Of a DNA stretch of 64,000 nucleotides, positions 20,601 to 34,782 are shown piece by piece. Position 1 is the stretch's first letter. The number at the start of each line of letters is the position of its first letter. Made by a program: the position numbers and the translations under genes. Under the pieces are notes generated by a model. The model was given only the letters and a program-made list of their open reading frames with translations, had not been told where the DNA came from and did no database searches. Source of the DNA: Camelus dromedarius (Eukaryota); contig NC_087437.1 of NCBI RefSeq assembly GCF_036321535.1, positions 38,070,001 to 38,134,000 on the forward strand, in the 5' to 3' direction.

Positions 20601-23600
20601 CTTCACACTTCTTTATCCCTAAATACCTCTGTAAGATCTATGGAAATCCACCTGCTATAAGTGAAATCAATCAGTAATCTGATAAACAGAATACAAAACT
20701 AAATAGCTCTGTTACTGGGAGATAACTCTAATTTAGACAAGGACAACTAACACATGAAGAAGGAATACTATGTTACAAACAAAAATTTCACAAAACCTGA
20801 TGAAAATTGGGTCAGGCAGGATTAAATATTGGTATTAAAACCATTAGATATATGATTGATGGAGAACTGAATGTTTGATATTCCTTAGAAATCACTCAGA
20901 TTATATCCAGAATTTTGTAACTTAAACAGAGGGTGAAATTCAGCATCATGGATGGTGGGACCTATGGAATACTAGAAACACGACAGGGCATTAAAAGTTT
21001 TTAAATGAGTTTTTTATCATCAAGTTCTAAGGTATGGTTTATACTTCATATGAAAAAAGAAAATAAGTGAACAAAATAAAATAAGCTTCTTAATGAAGCA
21101 ATTTTGATCATTCTGTGAGCACATTTTGGAGTCATCCAGTGACTTCTGAGACAAGCATTAAAAAAGAGTAACAGGTGGCCCCTTCCCCAGCAGGGTCTTG
21201 GTCTTGGCTTGCCTTCATTCTCAGAGTAATCTCTCCTGTTTTTCTTGTCTTTTCTTTTTCTCCCCTGCAAGCTCTGTCTTCAATGTCTTCTTTCCCTTTA
21301 TTCTCTTTGCAATATTTCCAGATACCTCTCCTTTAGTTTTTTTCTCTGAAACCTTATTTTTATTACCCCATAGTGACATTGCAAATGCCAAAATTCAAAC
21401 CTGATTTTGGGGGAGAATGGGAAGAAATAGAGTGAAAAGCCACAATGTAGACATTGTGATCTGCTGGGATTCACCTCTGTTTTGCAACTGGATTATGAGT
21501 GTAATGCTAAATAGTATGACTAAGTTTAAGCACTGGATTGCCGGGGCATTATTGCAGTTACTAAATATAATTAGGCAACTAACAATTAATCTTGCTATGT
21601 CTTAGCACAATCTGTATCTTAACATTATTTTTTTGTCTGTTTATGTTTACCAATCACATTCACAGAATGATTTTACCATACAAAGAAATTTTATTCAGAG
21701 TATATGCCCAAGTATGGAGAAGCTTGTTTTGCTGGCCATGAGAAAATTTATGTTAAGATAATTTGCTGACTCCAAGTAATGGTTGGTTCTATCTTTGATT
21801 TCCTCCTTAAGCCTGCCAGATGACTTTTTAGTCCTCTATATAAATCTGTTGTCAGTTGTCTGGCTCTGTTTAAAAGATTAACATGGCATAAAATATAGAT
21901 TAGTGCCACAAATCCCAAGAAACATGACTTGAAAGGCAACCTATTTGTAGACCTTAGAAAGTATTCCCCTACAAATAGATATACACATCTGACTTATTTT
22001 TATCCTGTAATTGTTAAAATTATGAATGCATAAGCTTATTTAAACCTAAATCGGTGGACATAGAAAAGACATTAGGAGCCCTAAAAAGAGAATATGTGTT
22101 TCTATCCTGTGTATTTCATTAAATTTGGGGGAAGATCTCATGAAGTAATATATGGAAAAGCATGTAATAAATTATAATATCATTGCATAGCTCTATTTTA
22201 TATTTTATAAATATAAATAACTAGAAAAATGTTGGTTTCTATTGTTCATCACACTCGGTTTCCCAAAGCACAATAAGATTGTAGGACCAACAGTGATAAG
22301 GGTCCCACTCTTCTCACTTGGTCTTAGAGAGATAAGAAATGTCCCTGTGTGTGTTATCATAGATTTCAAAAGCAGCAACATCAAAGTATAAGGGCAAATA
22401 AAAGTACATTTAAAGGCAGTCACCATCATCCTGAGGAAGGATGGCCATCTTCCAAGAATATGAAAATTTAGAAGCAAAGATGTGAAAATAGAAGGATGGA
22501 GGACTAGTCCTATTTTTATCGCTCCTTCTTTTGATCTGCATCATTCAAATAAATAGTCATTTTTAAGTGAATGTTATACTGTGATTACTTCAGTTAAAAC
22601 ATGTGAATAGGCCATGGTAAGTGGTTAAAGAAAAAGAGACGGGGTGCCTTTAGAGTAAATGCTGTAGTTCCTTACATGTTGATTTTCTCGTGTCACTCTC
22701 TTGTATCTGAGTTCATAAAATGGACATCATTTTGTACATCTTTGTATTCCTAGCACATTGCAAATTCTTTAGTATACAGTAGACAGTGTCTAAAAACTTG
22801 GTAGTTGCTTGAATGTATAAATACATGTCTAAAGCATGTAGATCACTTTTCTAGAAACTTTTAAACGTACAGTGTGCTTATTTCTCCAAGAGTTTCGCTG
22901 TTAGAAAGAGGAAGTACACTTTTGTAAAGAAGAAATGTCTCATCATTGGGGATATCTTCAGAAATGATTCATGTGTTATAGGTGTTTATCTGCTGCAGGG
23001 ATGTGCCCATAACTTTCCCCATGGTATGTTCTGAATCAGTTCTGTGCCAGCTGGATACACACAATGAAGCAATTTATTGGAAAGTTAGACATGTCTCTTT
23101 TGTCTACAGAATGCAGTAGAAGATCTGGAATATCAAATTCAAGGTGATATTTTTGAACAAGTCACACACATTCCCATGGCGGGTAATGCTGACTGTGGGA
23201 GTCATGAAATATAATGGCAAAGAAAGACTTCCTGGAATGTATAGGTTCACCACGATTATAGTTCATATGCATTAGTGATTTTTTTAAACAAAATCAACAC
23301 CTTACTATTCTTGCATCAAGGAAGATTTGTGTAACTTTTACCACCCCCGAGCTTAACAACAGCTGATTATTTATGATGTTTTGAAAGTAATCCATTAGTA
23401 GTATTTTGGGAACATTTTGATAAGAACTAAAGTTTTTACTTGAATTTCATAATAGCTAATGGGACTCAGCTTTCTCAAATTGTAGACTGGTACTTTATTT
23501 TTCTGAGACACTCCTGGTATATGCTTGTTTTTGCTGCATAATTATGAATAGTGTAGCCTTTAACACTCAAGACATTTGAAGACCCTACTGATAGGTGACA

Positions 23601-26339
23601 GTGAGTCCGTAAGAAACATTACTCATATACCTAAGTGATAAAGAACAGATATGAACTCAAGAGTTTTCAGTAACATTTTATGTAATGACACAGCTGTTAA
23701 TGACATTGATATTCCATCCCAGTAAAGAACAGTATCCTTTCTTATGAGGTCATTCTATCAACAAAGCAAGATTTCCAAAATCTTATTGGAGTGATTACTT
23801 GGCATCAGGTTTTCTTTGCTGCATTGCCAAGGCATTTCTTCACCATTAGGATGAGCCTGGCATATGAAGGATTTATTGACTGTGTGGTCTGGACTGTGAC
23901 ATCGTGATGAACACAAACCCGGCTTCTTGCCACTCACACTTCACCTTACGGGGCGGCTGCTGTGCTCAGCAACAGGATGCCAGATGGCATGGAGACATCA
24001 ATTGATTACTGCTCCAGAACAATGTCATTTACCAGAACAGACGACAGACAAATTGACAAAGACAATGCTATGTTTGCAGGTCTGAATGAAGAAGCTCTTT
24101 AAATAGATTTATGGCTGCATTTTTGAAATGTGTACTGTTTGGAAACTTTTGTTTGTAGTATCAGGCTACAATCTTAATTATATAACCAGACATGCCTTGC
24201 TGGAATCTTTCCTTTGTGCTTCATCCTTTTAACTTGTCTACATCTCTAGAAAGATAATATAACATAACATATTAAAGCTCTTTAGTGTCTGCCATTACAA
24301 ATCCCAAATTATCTAAACTCTCTTTTTAAAATGTATCCTTAGCCACCTTTTTTTCATGATAATCAGTTAACATTATAAACTTGGGCCAGAGAGAATGGTC
24401 AATAGAAGAATTGCCTAAAGAATTCTGAAATTCACCAGCTGTCAGTGTGAGTTATCTGTCTACAGAGAATGTCTTTTATGAGTAAGTTTGTTTTTATAGA
24501 AGGCATTTATTATCTCATTTGGCATCATTTTATGTAGCATATCTTGAGTTGTTTGCACTCAAATCCTGGCTACAAGCTGTATCTTATGGCCTTAGAAGTG
24601 GATGTCAATATTTGAGAAACACACATGCCAGGTTACTCAGCTTAGCTTTGGTGAATAAGTCATTTTGATTTTTCACAAATATTCCCGGGAAACTTTTTGA
24701 TTGTTGTAGCTTCCTCTCATATTTATTTGAAAAGATGCTAGTATGATAGTGAACATCCTACTTCAACAAATGCAGTTTATTGCTGCTTTTCTACATGCCG
24801 GATTGCCTGTAACTATAGTTTTAGGTAAAGAGTGTGCATTTACTTAACTGCCAGTATAATATCTCTTTGGACACAAATTGATCTCCTTATCTGAGATGTT
24901 CCCAAAGTACCTCACTTGCTGTGAGGGAGGGCTTTTGTTGGACGATCTAAGATTTTTGGAAAAGAAAAACCTGTGGATTCTGAGTCCTTCTGTATTTAGT
25001 TATGGATTTTAACTGACAATATAACTTGATTATCTATAGCTGACATTGAGTCTTGGAGTATACATTCCTGCTAATGGTAGGGACAGAGGAGTGGACCTTC
25101 CATTTGTTTATTGAATATAATTTGATCTCTTCTGGTTTAAAACAGTAACTTTCATTTAAATAGTCAATATAAAGTTTAAGAGTACTATCAGGGCTACTTT
25201 CTGCTTCTGAGGGGCTTGCCATGACTTTCCAGTTTAATACCTTGGTTCAAAGTGAAATGTTTTAATCTCCATGGAAGGCATTGTCCATAACCATCTTCTT
25301 GTCCTTACTGAACTCCATTGTCTGACTGTCTCTCCTGAACTGATGTCTGCTCAGGTGCACGTGGTCTGCCTGCTTTTAGACGATCAGGCTGGTATCCTCT
25401 CAGGATAAGTGGGTAGCTCCCATGACCTCAGATCATAGTGTTACCAGATTCTGCTGCTGCCTTATTCCAACTTGTGGCACCTGCAGGTCCCAGGTGCTCA
25501 GCATGACCACATGCTTGGAGAATGATGAAGAGCTTCTGTAGCTCTTGGATGCTTCAAGCAAGCTTGGAGGTAGATCCCCGGACACCGCCTTCAGTTCTCC
25601 TTCCATCTGGAAATGTCAAGCTGTTACTTCTCCTCTTCTGTGGTTATAATGTGCCTCAGGCACCAGATCTTCTCTCTCGGCTTGTTCTGTGCCCTATCTT
25701 GCCCCACCCCAAGGGGTGTTTCGTCCCTTATCAGACCCCTGCTGAATATGTCAACAAGTCTTCTATTCTATAGATTTATGTTTCTCTCACTGCTCACACA
25801 TTTATTTCCTTTCTAAGTCACAGTAAAGCTGTCTTTGTATCATTTATATACTATGTCTTTACACTTGGCTTTTGCAAAAATCTCTACTCAGATCTCTTAA
25901 TTTTACCTTGATATTTGTAAAGAAGTGTCTAAAATACAGAAAAAAAGAACAGTAAAGTCAATCTAGTATCTTCCATTAGACTAAAAAATTGTTTAATTTG
26001 AAACCCAAAATTGATCAATAAATTCTTTACACTATATTTGAACTTTCTCTAATATGAAATATACTATTATTTCCATAAGTATGGAAGCCAGTGTACAACA
26101 GATTATTAGGAATAGAATTTTGTTGCTTTTGTCTGAAAAAAAAAAAAAAAAAAAGAATTCCATCTCGATTTCATCCTACCCGAGTACAACATTGTTTCCT
26201 GAAAAAGACATTTATTCTTAGGCAAGAATGCCATTTTGCCCTAGAATTTGAAAGCTGAATATTCTCAAACTTGATTTTTCTATCACTTGCCATCTTTCCA
26301 ACATCTGAGCACTAGAGGACGCTGTGTCTTACCGCAGAA

Positions 26340-26450
26340 CAATGCTTCTCAAAGTAACTGTGTATCAGAATCACCTGAATGGTTTGTTAAAGCACCACAC
26401 CCAGATTTTTCGGTTCAGAAGGTCTACAGTGGATCCAAGAACGTTCATGC
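26340..26450. mobile_element. MER5A-like fragment
   Basis: caatgcttctcaaagtaactgtgtatcagaatcacctgaatggtttgttaaa...cccaga...ttcagaaggtct. Confidence 0.65.
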
Positions 26451-28168
26451 CCTCCACTCGTAGCTTTGCCACCAGCAGAGGCAAGGCTTTCTTTGAGCAT
26501 TTAGTTGTGCATCGTTATCCAGTTGAGTCAAAACTGCATCTGATTCAAGAGGGGTGCAGCTGTTCTCACACCCTAAAGAATGATGCGTCTCCTTCTTGGC
26601 TTCTCAAGACATCTCTAAAGAGACTTAGTGTCCATGTTATCAGCTGCATATTTTCCTTCTGGCTTGGATGCAGAAACCAGAATTCATCTACAAATTCCAA
26701 CCTTTTCAAATATTCTCTCAGCCACAACACTTCGGGATGAGCTGTAGAAATTTGTGTTCTGTACTTGAAAAGAGGTTCCATATTTTGAAAGTCCAAAATC
26801 CAAGAAAGAAGACTTAAAGGTTATTTTCCATGTTCTTCCTTTTTTCTTTTCCTTTTTTTCCCCCCTTGAAAAACTTATTTCTTCCTTGTTATGATAGTTT
26901 TTCCCTAAAGGGTCACGACCTTGGGTTCAAATGACTAGACATCTCTCTCTCTCTCTTTGTTTTGTTTTGTTTTTTCCCTAAAGGTTGGTAATGACTCTGG
27001 GGTATGGACATAAATCCCTGAGTAACAGGTCTGATATCCACCTCCATAGTCCAGTAGCTTAGGTCTTTGCCAGATGTCATTCTAATTTCGTAAATTCTCT
27101 GGTGTTATTTGAAGGGCTTACAAGAAGTCTGGATGTAAATGCTGAGCACCTGTGTTGGGTATTTTGAATGGAGTTCTGAGGAATCTTGCAGCATAGGTGA
27201 GAATCACTTCTGTGTGCAGAAAATGATCCAGGAACACCCTTACCAGGAGTGATGAGAAGCGTAACCAACATGACTCAGCCCAGCACAGGTGCTGCGCACA
27301 CTCACTGGGGAACTGCGGTGCCTCCGCCGCACAGCTCTGTGGTGGTGGGACCCGTGCTGGCCGGGCTTATGATGCTTTGTTAGCTTCTCCATCCATAACC
27401 TTCCTAAATCTCCTCTCTCACTGCAGGTTTCAGTATCTTCTTCTAAACCCCATGCCAGATGAGCTACATCTTCCTGGGGCCAAGTCCCATGTTTTCCTCT
27501 CTAATCAGCCCAATTCTTGTTGTGACATAGGCTGATGTTCTGCTCTAAATGCCTTCAACGTTTGCCTTTCAAGAATCTTTTATTCTCTTAAAAAAGCCCA
27601 ACTTTAGTAAATCAAAAGCTTTGACTTTAAAATAGACTCTCAAAAGCCTATATTATAAGGATTTTTTTCTTTTTTTCTTTTTATATTCCTGCCATAATAA
27701 AAAATTTTGAGGCAGTGGGCATAGCCCAGGTGTACTCTGGGCCTTGTATAAAGAAAGGCACCATGACCTTAGGAGTAGGAAGGCAGTCACCTTGATTCAT
27801 TGTTATAAATGCAGATAAAGAATAGCTAAGGCATAGTAATTAGTATAAAAATGCGAAAGGCAGTGTTCAGTAGACAACACTCTGTATCAGATATATGCTG
27901 CAATTTCTCAAGCGGATACCATCCTCATAGTTGCAAGAACGTGCTAATTCAGAACACTGCTTCCTGTGGTGATAGACACAGGGTCTCCTTCATCATTCTA
28001 GTCCCAGGGCTTAGCACAGTGATTTGAATATCAAATATCTTACTGTACTTTAACTGAATAGGTTAACAGAAAAGGGAGATGTATACACTAGGGCACTCCG
28101 GTCACTTTCGGTTTTTACATTTATGTGGAAAGTGGCAATAATCTCAGGTATTGAGGGTTAATTTATGG

Positions 28169-29250
28169 CAGAGCATCTTCAGGTTTTAGGACTTTGGATT
28201 CTTTCATCCACCTAAAAATTACTGAGAATTCCAAATAGCTTTTTAATGAGTTGTATCTATTAATATTTACATTGTTAAATTTTAAAACAAAAATTAATAA
28301 GTATTTATTTATTAATTTATTTAAAATGGTAGTAAAGCCATTATATGCTTTTTAATTTAATTTTTATTGAAGTATAGTTGATTGACAATATTGTATTAGT
28401 TTCTGGTGCACAGCATAGTGATTCAGTTATACATTATATATATATATATATACACACACATTCTTTTTTATATTCTTTTTCATTATAGGTTATTATAAGC
28501 TATTGAATATAGTCCTGTGCTATACAGTAGGACCTTGTTGTTTATCTGTTCTATATATAGTAGTATGTATCTGCTAATCCCAAACTCCTTATTTATCCCT
28601 CTCCCCTACTACCCCTTTGGGAACAATAAGTTTGTTTTCTATGTCTGTGATTCTGTTTCGGTAATGTAAATAAGCTCATTTGTGTCATTTTTTTAGATTC
28701 CACCTATGAGTGATACCATGTGATATTTGTCTTTCTCTATATGAATTACTTCACTTAGTATGATAATCTCTAGGTCTATCCATGTTGCTGCAAATGGCAT
28801 TAATTTCATTCCTTTTTATGGCTGAGTAATATTCCATTATATATATATATATATCTAATCATCTGTTGATGGACATTTAGGTTGTGTCTGTGTCTTGGCT
28901 ATTATAAACAGTTCTGCTATGAACATTAGGATAATTTTACAATATTTTTAAGGAAAATAATAACTTGATTTTTTAAATCACAAAATAATTTAGTCAGAAG
29001 AGTGGCATTAACACACACACACACAACTTTTTAGTGTCTGTCTTAATAGAATATAATTGGATTCTCATGTCTGTTCCCACATCCTATCTGTTGTGATGTC
29101 ACATGTCATGTAGTCTCTGGAAAACTCCATGAGATGAGTGTGAAAAATACATATGAGGCCTTGATATTATGGAAATAGTTTTGACTTTGTGGACCCCCTA
29201 AAAAGTCCCATAGAGATGCAGGAATTCCCTAGTCCATGTTTTGAAAACTG
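28169..29250. mobile_element. Charlie1b-like hAT element interrupted by an L1
   Basis: The left part (28169-28347) has aaaaattactgagaattccaaatagcttt...tatctattaatatttac. The right part (~28931-29250) has agaagagtggcatt, ttaatagaa...tggattctcat, atgtagtctctggaaaactcca and aaatagttttgactttgtggacccc...tttgaaaactgttg. Confidence 0.75.
28348..28930 (-). mobile_element. L1 3' end (5'-truncated, relatively young)
   Basis: tttttattgaagtatagttgattgacaatattgtattagtttctggtgcacagcatagtgattcag...ttcacttagtatgataatctctaggtctatccatgttgctgcaaatggc...gctatgaacatt. Confidence 0.9.
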
Positions 29251-31615
29251 TTGGCCTGAGTATTTCTTGATAGTTTTCTTATTTTGTTATAATCATTAAA
29301 CACAACACCTCAACATAAGAAAAATAAGTAAAAGCAAATTAGAGTGAAGAGAGAAAAATTAAGGGAAATACAGGGGAAAACTGATCTTTCTCTTTGTATC
29401 TACTTAATCTATCCCCTCATAAATTTTTATTTATATTTAAATTTTTTATTAACCAAAGTATATTTAACATGATATATAAACTGAAAGAAGAAAAAAATAG
29501 CTCCCACATTTTTATATTGACTCAGTAAGGGATTGTTATACTCCTCTTAATCAGAAAATAACAATTTGTAGCTCACTTAAGAAGAATCAAAATATTGGGG
29601 GGATTTCTAAGTTCCTGTTTTAATACTGACTACTAGTTTGTTTCAACAAAAGTCCCTGATAATACTTAAATTTTTTATCATAGAGAGATAAAATGTATTG
29701 TACATCAATTAAATTTAGACTTTGTTTAAGGAACTCTCAAATGTGCCTAGGCAAAATCTGTTCATAATTCAGTTTAGAAATATAAAACTGAAAGACAAGT
29801 GTCGCAAGATTGGACTTTGAATTCATCACCATTGGCTTATAGACTTAAAGTTCGATAATGACTGCCCATATAATACACATGGAGGTGGATGAGAATGGCT
29901 TATGTATAATTTAGAAGAGCTAATCCAAATGAAGTTAAAATAATTAGTAATATTTGTGCATATTCCTTATGGTCCCATATATGTTCCACTGAATTTTTTA
30001 AAGCAAGTTTATATGTGTGTAGTGATATGTATGTGAGAGACACATGTGAAGACAGACACAGAGAGTAAAAAAGAAATAAATTGTGTGCTCCAGTTCCTTC
30101 CTAGAATTCACTAGGACTTATGTATTTTCTCCATATGTAAGCCAGAGAAACAGAATTTGTGTTGGGGGTTGAGTCTCAGATTTTGGAATATTAGAGACTT
30201 ACATATTTCAGTATTAAAGAACCAAGAAAGAGGTTGTTATCATCCATGTTTCTACCAGTTATTTGTGTTAGTATTATGTCAAATGATTTATCTGCCTTCC
30301 TTGGGAATCATCCCTCAACATTTCAAGTCACTAGTTTCCTATTAATATCATCTTAAAGTCCTTTACAACTCAAATTGATTAGCTTTGTGCCTTTGGAATT
30401 AAAGATTTTTTTCCTGAATGGTCCATTTTACCTGGTATTCTGTAGCTTGCACTTCAAGGAGAATTAACATAGCATCACAAGGCATATATCTTGATATCAA
30501 CAGTTTATTTTTCACTTGAAATGATATTTTCTCCATATAATACAATGAAGTTTTTCTCCTGATATCGTGGAGAACACTGGGGTTGAAAGTTAAAATTGTT
30601 TTGAGGTCTGGAAAGCTAGTTTTGTAAACACCTTTAAGTCCAGAGTATTTTCAACTCCTTTTATTAAAATGATAAAGAAAAAAAAAACCCTCTAAATCTA
30701 TCTTTCCCATCCCAAATTTTCCTTAGAAATATGTTACCTTAAATAAATATAAATAAATACATTTAATTCCTGGGGAATACATCACCCTTAAAAAATGCAG
30801 CACCACAAAACATTACTAAAAGAAACCTCACCATATAAATGTCTTTCACAACAGAAGGCTCTGTCATTCTCTGAATATGCAAGTGTTATGTGATCATGAA
30901 CATTTCATTATAAGCATCTGTGCAAAGTTTCCAGATTCATGCCATGATTCCTGTGTATTGGGTAATTTATCATAGTGCCATCTGTTTAAAAAACATAGTT
31001 GCCAACGTGGATGGATTATCAAGAAAATAAATTATTTTGTGTGTTTATGTAAATGCTTTTGATGGTATATGCATATGAATTCTGCACAGATCGTTAGCTT
31101 TTAAAAGCAAAATAACATTGCAAAGATGACTCACCATTGAAAATAAATATAATTTCAATCAAAGCAATAACTCTTAAATAAAATGATAAGCAAATATTAG
31201 TTGTTCTGGTCAGTTCGTGAAAAAAAAAGATACAGTGGTTAGTTTGGGGGGAAAAATCTGTGTATGTAGATTTTTTTCTCTCTCTCTTGCCATTTGTGCT
31301 GGTATCATATGGACTTAAACTGATTTCCTTAGAAACAGAGTGATTATACATGGTTATGAATTTGTATATAACTACAACTATTGCCTCTTAGTGCTTACTA
31401 AAGATTACACTGTAAGTGATCAACAATGGAAATAGAATGCAGCTCAGTCAAGTTCTTATTTCTTATAATTCTTTGAGAAAATGAACTTAAATTGTAGCTC
31501 ATAGAAATTCTGGCTACAAAATATTCTGAAGTTATGTGGTGCAGTTCCTTCATTTTGTGGGTAGGAATAATGTTATTCAGAGTGTTTAAGAGTGTCTCAT
31601 TGTGACAGTGTCATT

Positions 31616-31667
31616 ATTATCAAGGTTCTCCAGAAAAGAGAACCACCAGGAGATTATGTGTGTATAG

Positions 31668-31732
<65 letters not shown>

Positions 31733-32068
31733 ACAAATGGGCTCCAGTGAGTGTGGAGGTGCAAGTGTCAAGCCCGCAGGAGAGGAGGGCAGGCTGGAGA
31801 CCCAGGGATGAATTGCAACCTGACTTCAAAGGCTGTCTGCTGACAGAATTCCTTTTCGCTTAGGGGAGGTCAGTCTTTGTTCCTTTAAGGCCGTCAACTG
31901 TTGAATGAAGCTCACCCACATCATAAGGGGAATCTGCTTTACTTAAAGCCCAATGATTTAAATGTTAATCTCATCCAAAAAAACACCTAAAAAATATCCA
32001 GAATAATATTTGACCAAATATCCAGGCACAATGGGCCGGCTAAGTTGACACATGAAAGTTAACCTTCA
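31616..32068 (-). mobile_element. MLT2-type (ERVL) solo LTR containing an (ATTT)n tract
   Basis: aggttctccagaaaagagaacca...gcaggctggagacccagg...aatctgctttacttaaagc...gatttaaatgttaatctcatcc...aagttgacacatgaaagttaacc. Confidence 0.85.
31670..31730. repeat. (TATT)n tetranucleotide microsatellite
   Basis: About 15 perfect units. Confidence 0.95.
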
Positions 32069-32382
32069 AATTAGTGTACATGCTGCACCTTCATTGTTCT
32101 GTTAACAACGGCTGGAGAACTATTTGGGTATTTACTTGTTTCCTCTCCCAAGTGTTTCTTATACACCACCATCCCTTTGAGGAATTCAGCATGAAATTAC
32201 CATTACAAAGTACATTTCTAAATAATGCAAAAAGTTCATGATGTTCCTATCGACTGAACTAAGATGACTAGATTACACAACCAGTTTTAGAATATTATTT
32301 AAATACTAGAAAATATATTTGTCTAGAATTTTTTACACTGTTGATAAAATTTATATGTGATCTTAACTCTAGATCTATTTTG

Positions 32383-32541
32383 TTGTTTTGTTGTTTGTTT
32401 CTTTGTTTTTTGGGGGGAAGGCAATTAGGTTGGTTTGTTTGTTTATTTGTTTGTTTGTTTTTAATGGCGGTACTGAGGGTTGAACCCAGGACCTCGTGCA
32501 TGCTAAGCATGTGTTCTCCCACTGAGCTGTAGCCTGCCTCC
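32383..32541 (-). mobile_element. tRNA-derived SINE (camelid-type)
   Basis: The minus strand reads ggaggcaggctacagctcagtgggagaacacatgcttagcatgcacgaggtcctgggttcaaccctcagtacc, then an (AAAC)n tail. Perfect 12-bp TSD agatctattttg at 32371-32382 and 32542-32553. Confidence 0.9.
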
Positions 32542-34156
32542 AGATCTATTTTGAAATAAAAAATCGTTTATTAGAGAAAGATTAATACTAAAACATTTGT
32601 ATCACAAATCACAAATGTTGAAAGGAAGCTTCTTGAGTAGATGTGACAATAAAACATTTAAATTAAAGGTACGTGTCAGCCCTCAATATACTATTCTTTC
32701 GTATTTATGTGTCTTTAATTCTGCCATCTTGCCTCTGCTTTTCAACTAATGCTTATTCTCCAAAACAAAACTGAACAATCTCCTGCTCTTCTAATTATTT
32801 TCTCATGGCTCCCTTTTTCCATGCTCCCAGAGCAACTTGTATGTATTCCAATCTTGCCAACCTCCTGCGACATAGTTTGCAATTAAAGTAAGTCAATATT
32901 TATTGTCTACAACAAATAGTTTAACAGTATCAGTTCCTTGTAAAAAAATGTTTATTGTATTCAAGTACTAAATCAAAAATTTCTGGGACTATGATAGGAA
33001 AACACTCAATCTTTTAGGACTGATACTTGGAAATTTTATTAACTGAAATAGAATTCAGTTAAGAATTCAGATAAGAATAAGTATAGATTTCACTATGACA
33101 ATTATATTCATTAATGTTTCTTTTCTTTCTCTATTAAAAAAGTAATGTCTATCTAATGTTATACTTTAAGATCTAAGATCAAAATTTCTTTCAAGGGTTT
33201 CTCATTTACTGATAGTTGAAGCATGTGGCTATTGTTTTCAACATTAACTTTAAGCAGGTCTGAATCAAAAGCAGGTCTGGGCTATGTAATATTTATTCCT
33301 CTAGTTGTGAAATATTTGATGAAAGATATTGTGTCTTATTCATATCTTTGTCAGAGGTACTTGTCATTGGCTATCTCAGGTACTACTCAATCCTTGTTAT
33401 CTTTAAAACACTAAATATATCATATACACTATATGACTGCTACTAAGGAAATTTGATTTTGGATTTCTACCAAGGATAACCCTAATAAAATTACAAATTT
33501 ATTTTTCTGTGTACCATTTTTAAACACCAATTTTGCTGCTAACATGTTTTTATACTTCACCATAATCAGGGACCCTATGCTGTCTTTATTTCTTCTTATT
33601 CAGAAGAGTTCAGATTTAAATATCTTTCACTAGAGAGTGTTTAATAACATAAGTGGATTAATCACCAACATTTTTGGGGTTTTTTTTGAATATGCATGAC
33701 ATAGAAATAGCAATACAACTTGGTAGGAATAAATGTAAATTCATACTGATTGTAAACAGTTACACTTAACATTTAGCTACATTTTATTTTGAAAATTATA
33801 TTGCTAAAAATAAAATATTAATACCACATATATAGATAGAGTTGAATATTATAGTGAACACATCCACTTTTGCTCTTGAACTTGATCCTCTTCCCAGAAT
33901 TTGTGAGACATTTAAGGCACTACTTAGTGTTAACAGCATGAACAAAATCTAACTGGCCAGGATCAATTTTCAAGCAAGATCACCAAGGTCACAACATCTC
34001 TTAGTTTAGGAACTGGCATTTCTCCAGTCTTGGAAAGCAGAGGAAATAGCCTTTGATAAAAATCACAGGTGGGGCTGTTGACCTGACAGCATCCTTTAGG
34101 TGTTTTGGCATTGGAGAAACCATTAGGAGTTGCAAATTCCTATTCATTATCTATTA

Positions 34157-34782
34157 GTATTAGTTATCTATTTCTGTGTAGCAAAATACCACAAACTTAG
34201 AGGCTTAAAATAACACAAAATTATTAGCTCGAAGTTTCTGTGGGTCCATCTTAGCTGCCTTATTTGCTTATAATAATATAATAATTTAAAACTGCAGCCT
34301 CATGAAGCTGCAGTAAAGATCAACTGAGGCTGTGTTCTTATCTGGAAGCTTGACTGGGGAATAAACTGTTTCCAAGTTCACTCAGGTTTTTGGCAGAATT
34401 CATATCTTTGCAGCTGGAGGATCGAGTGCCCAGATTCTGTCTGACTAGAAGCTGGGTTTCGTTCTCAGCTGCTGGAGGCTGACGCAGTTCTAGAGGCCGT
34501 TGCAGTTCTTAGTCACGTTGGCTTTCCCAGCATGTCACTGTACTTCATCAAAATGGCAAAGAGTCTCCCGAGCAAGTCTGCCAGCAAGATGGAGTTCTAT
34601 TTAATGTAACATAACCACAGGAGTGGCATCCATCACCTACCTGTGCCAAATTCTACTGATCAGAAGGAGGTCACCCCATCTATCTACACACGTGGGAGAG
34701 TCCCACACAAAAGCCTGGCCCTCAGTTTGCTGGGATCATGACATGGGAGCAGAGGGACCTTTAAGTCTGCCAGCCCTACTCA
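34157..34782 (-). mobile_element. MLT1 (MaLR) solo LTR, MLT1E/F-like
   Basis: gtattagttatctatttctgtgtagcaaaataccacaaacttagaggcttaaaataacac...ttccaagttcactcagg...tggcagaattca...gcagttct. Confidence 0.8.

Noticed and set aside
23990..24105. Possible processed pseudogene fragment (short open frame SIDYCSRTMSFTRTDD...)
   Set aside because: Under 40 codons, not recognisable, and no polyA tail or TSD.
26324..26740. 138-aa ORF
   Set aside because: It starts in a MER5A-like fragment, has no recognisable homology and is of a length expected by chance.
31660..31863. ORF with FIYL repeats
   Set aside because: It is the translation of the (TATT)n microsatellite within an MLT2 LTR.
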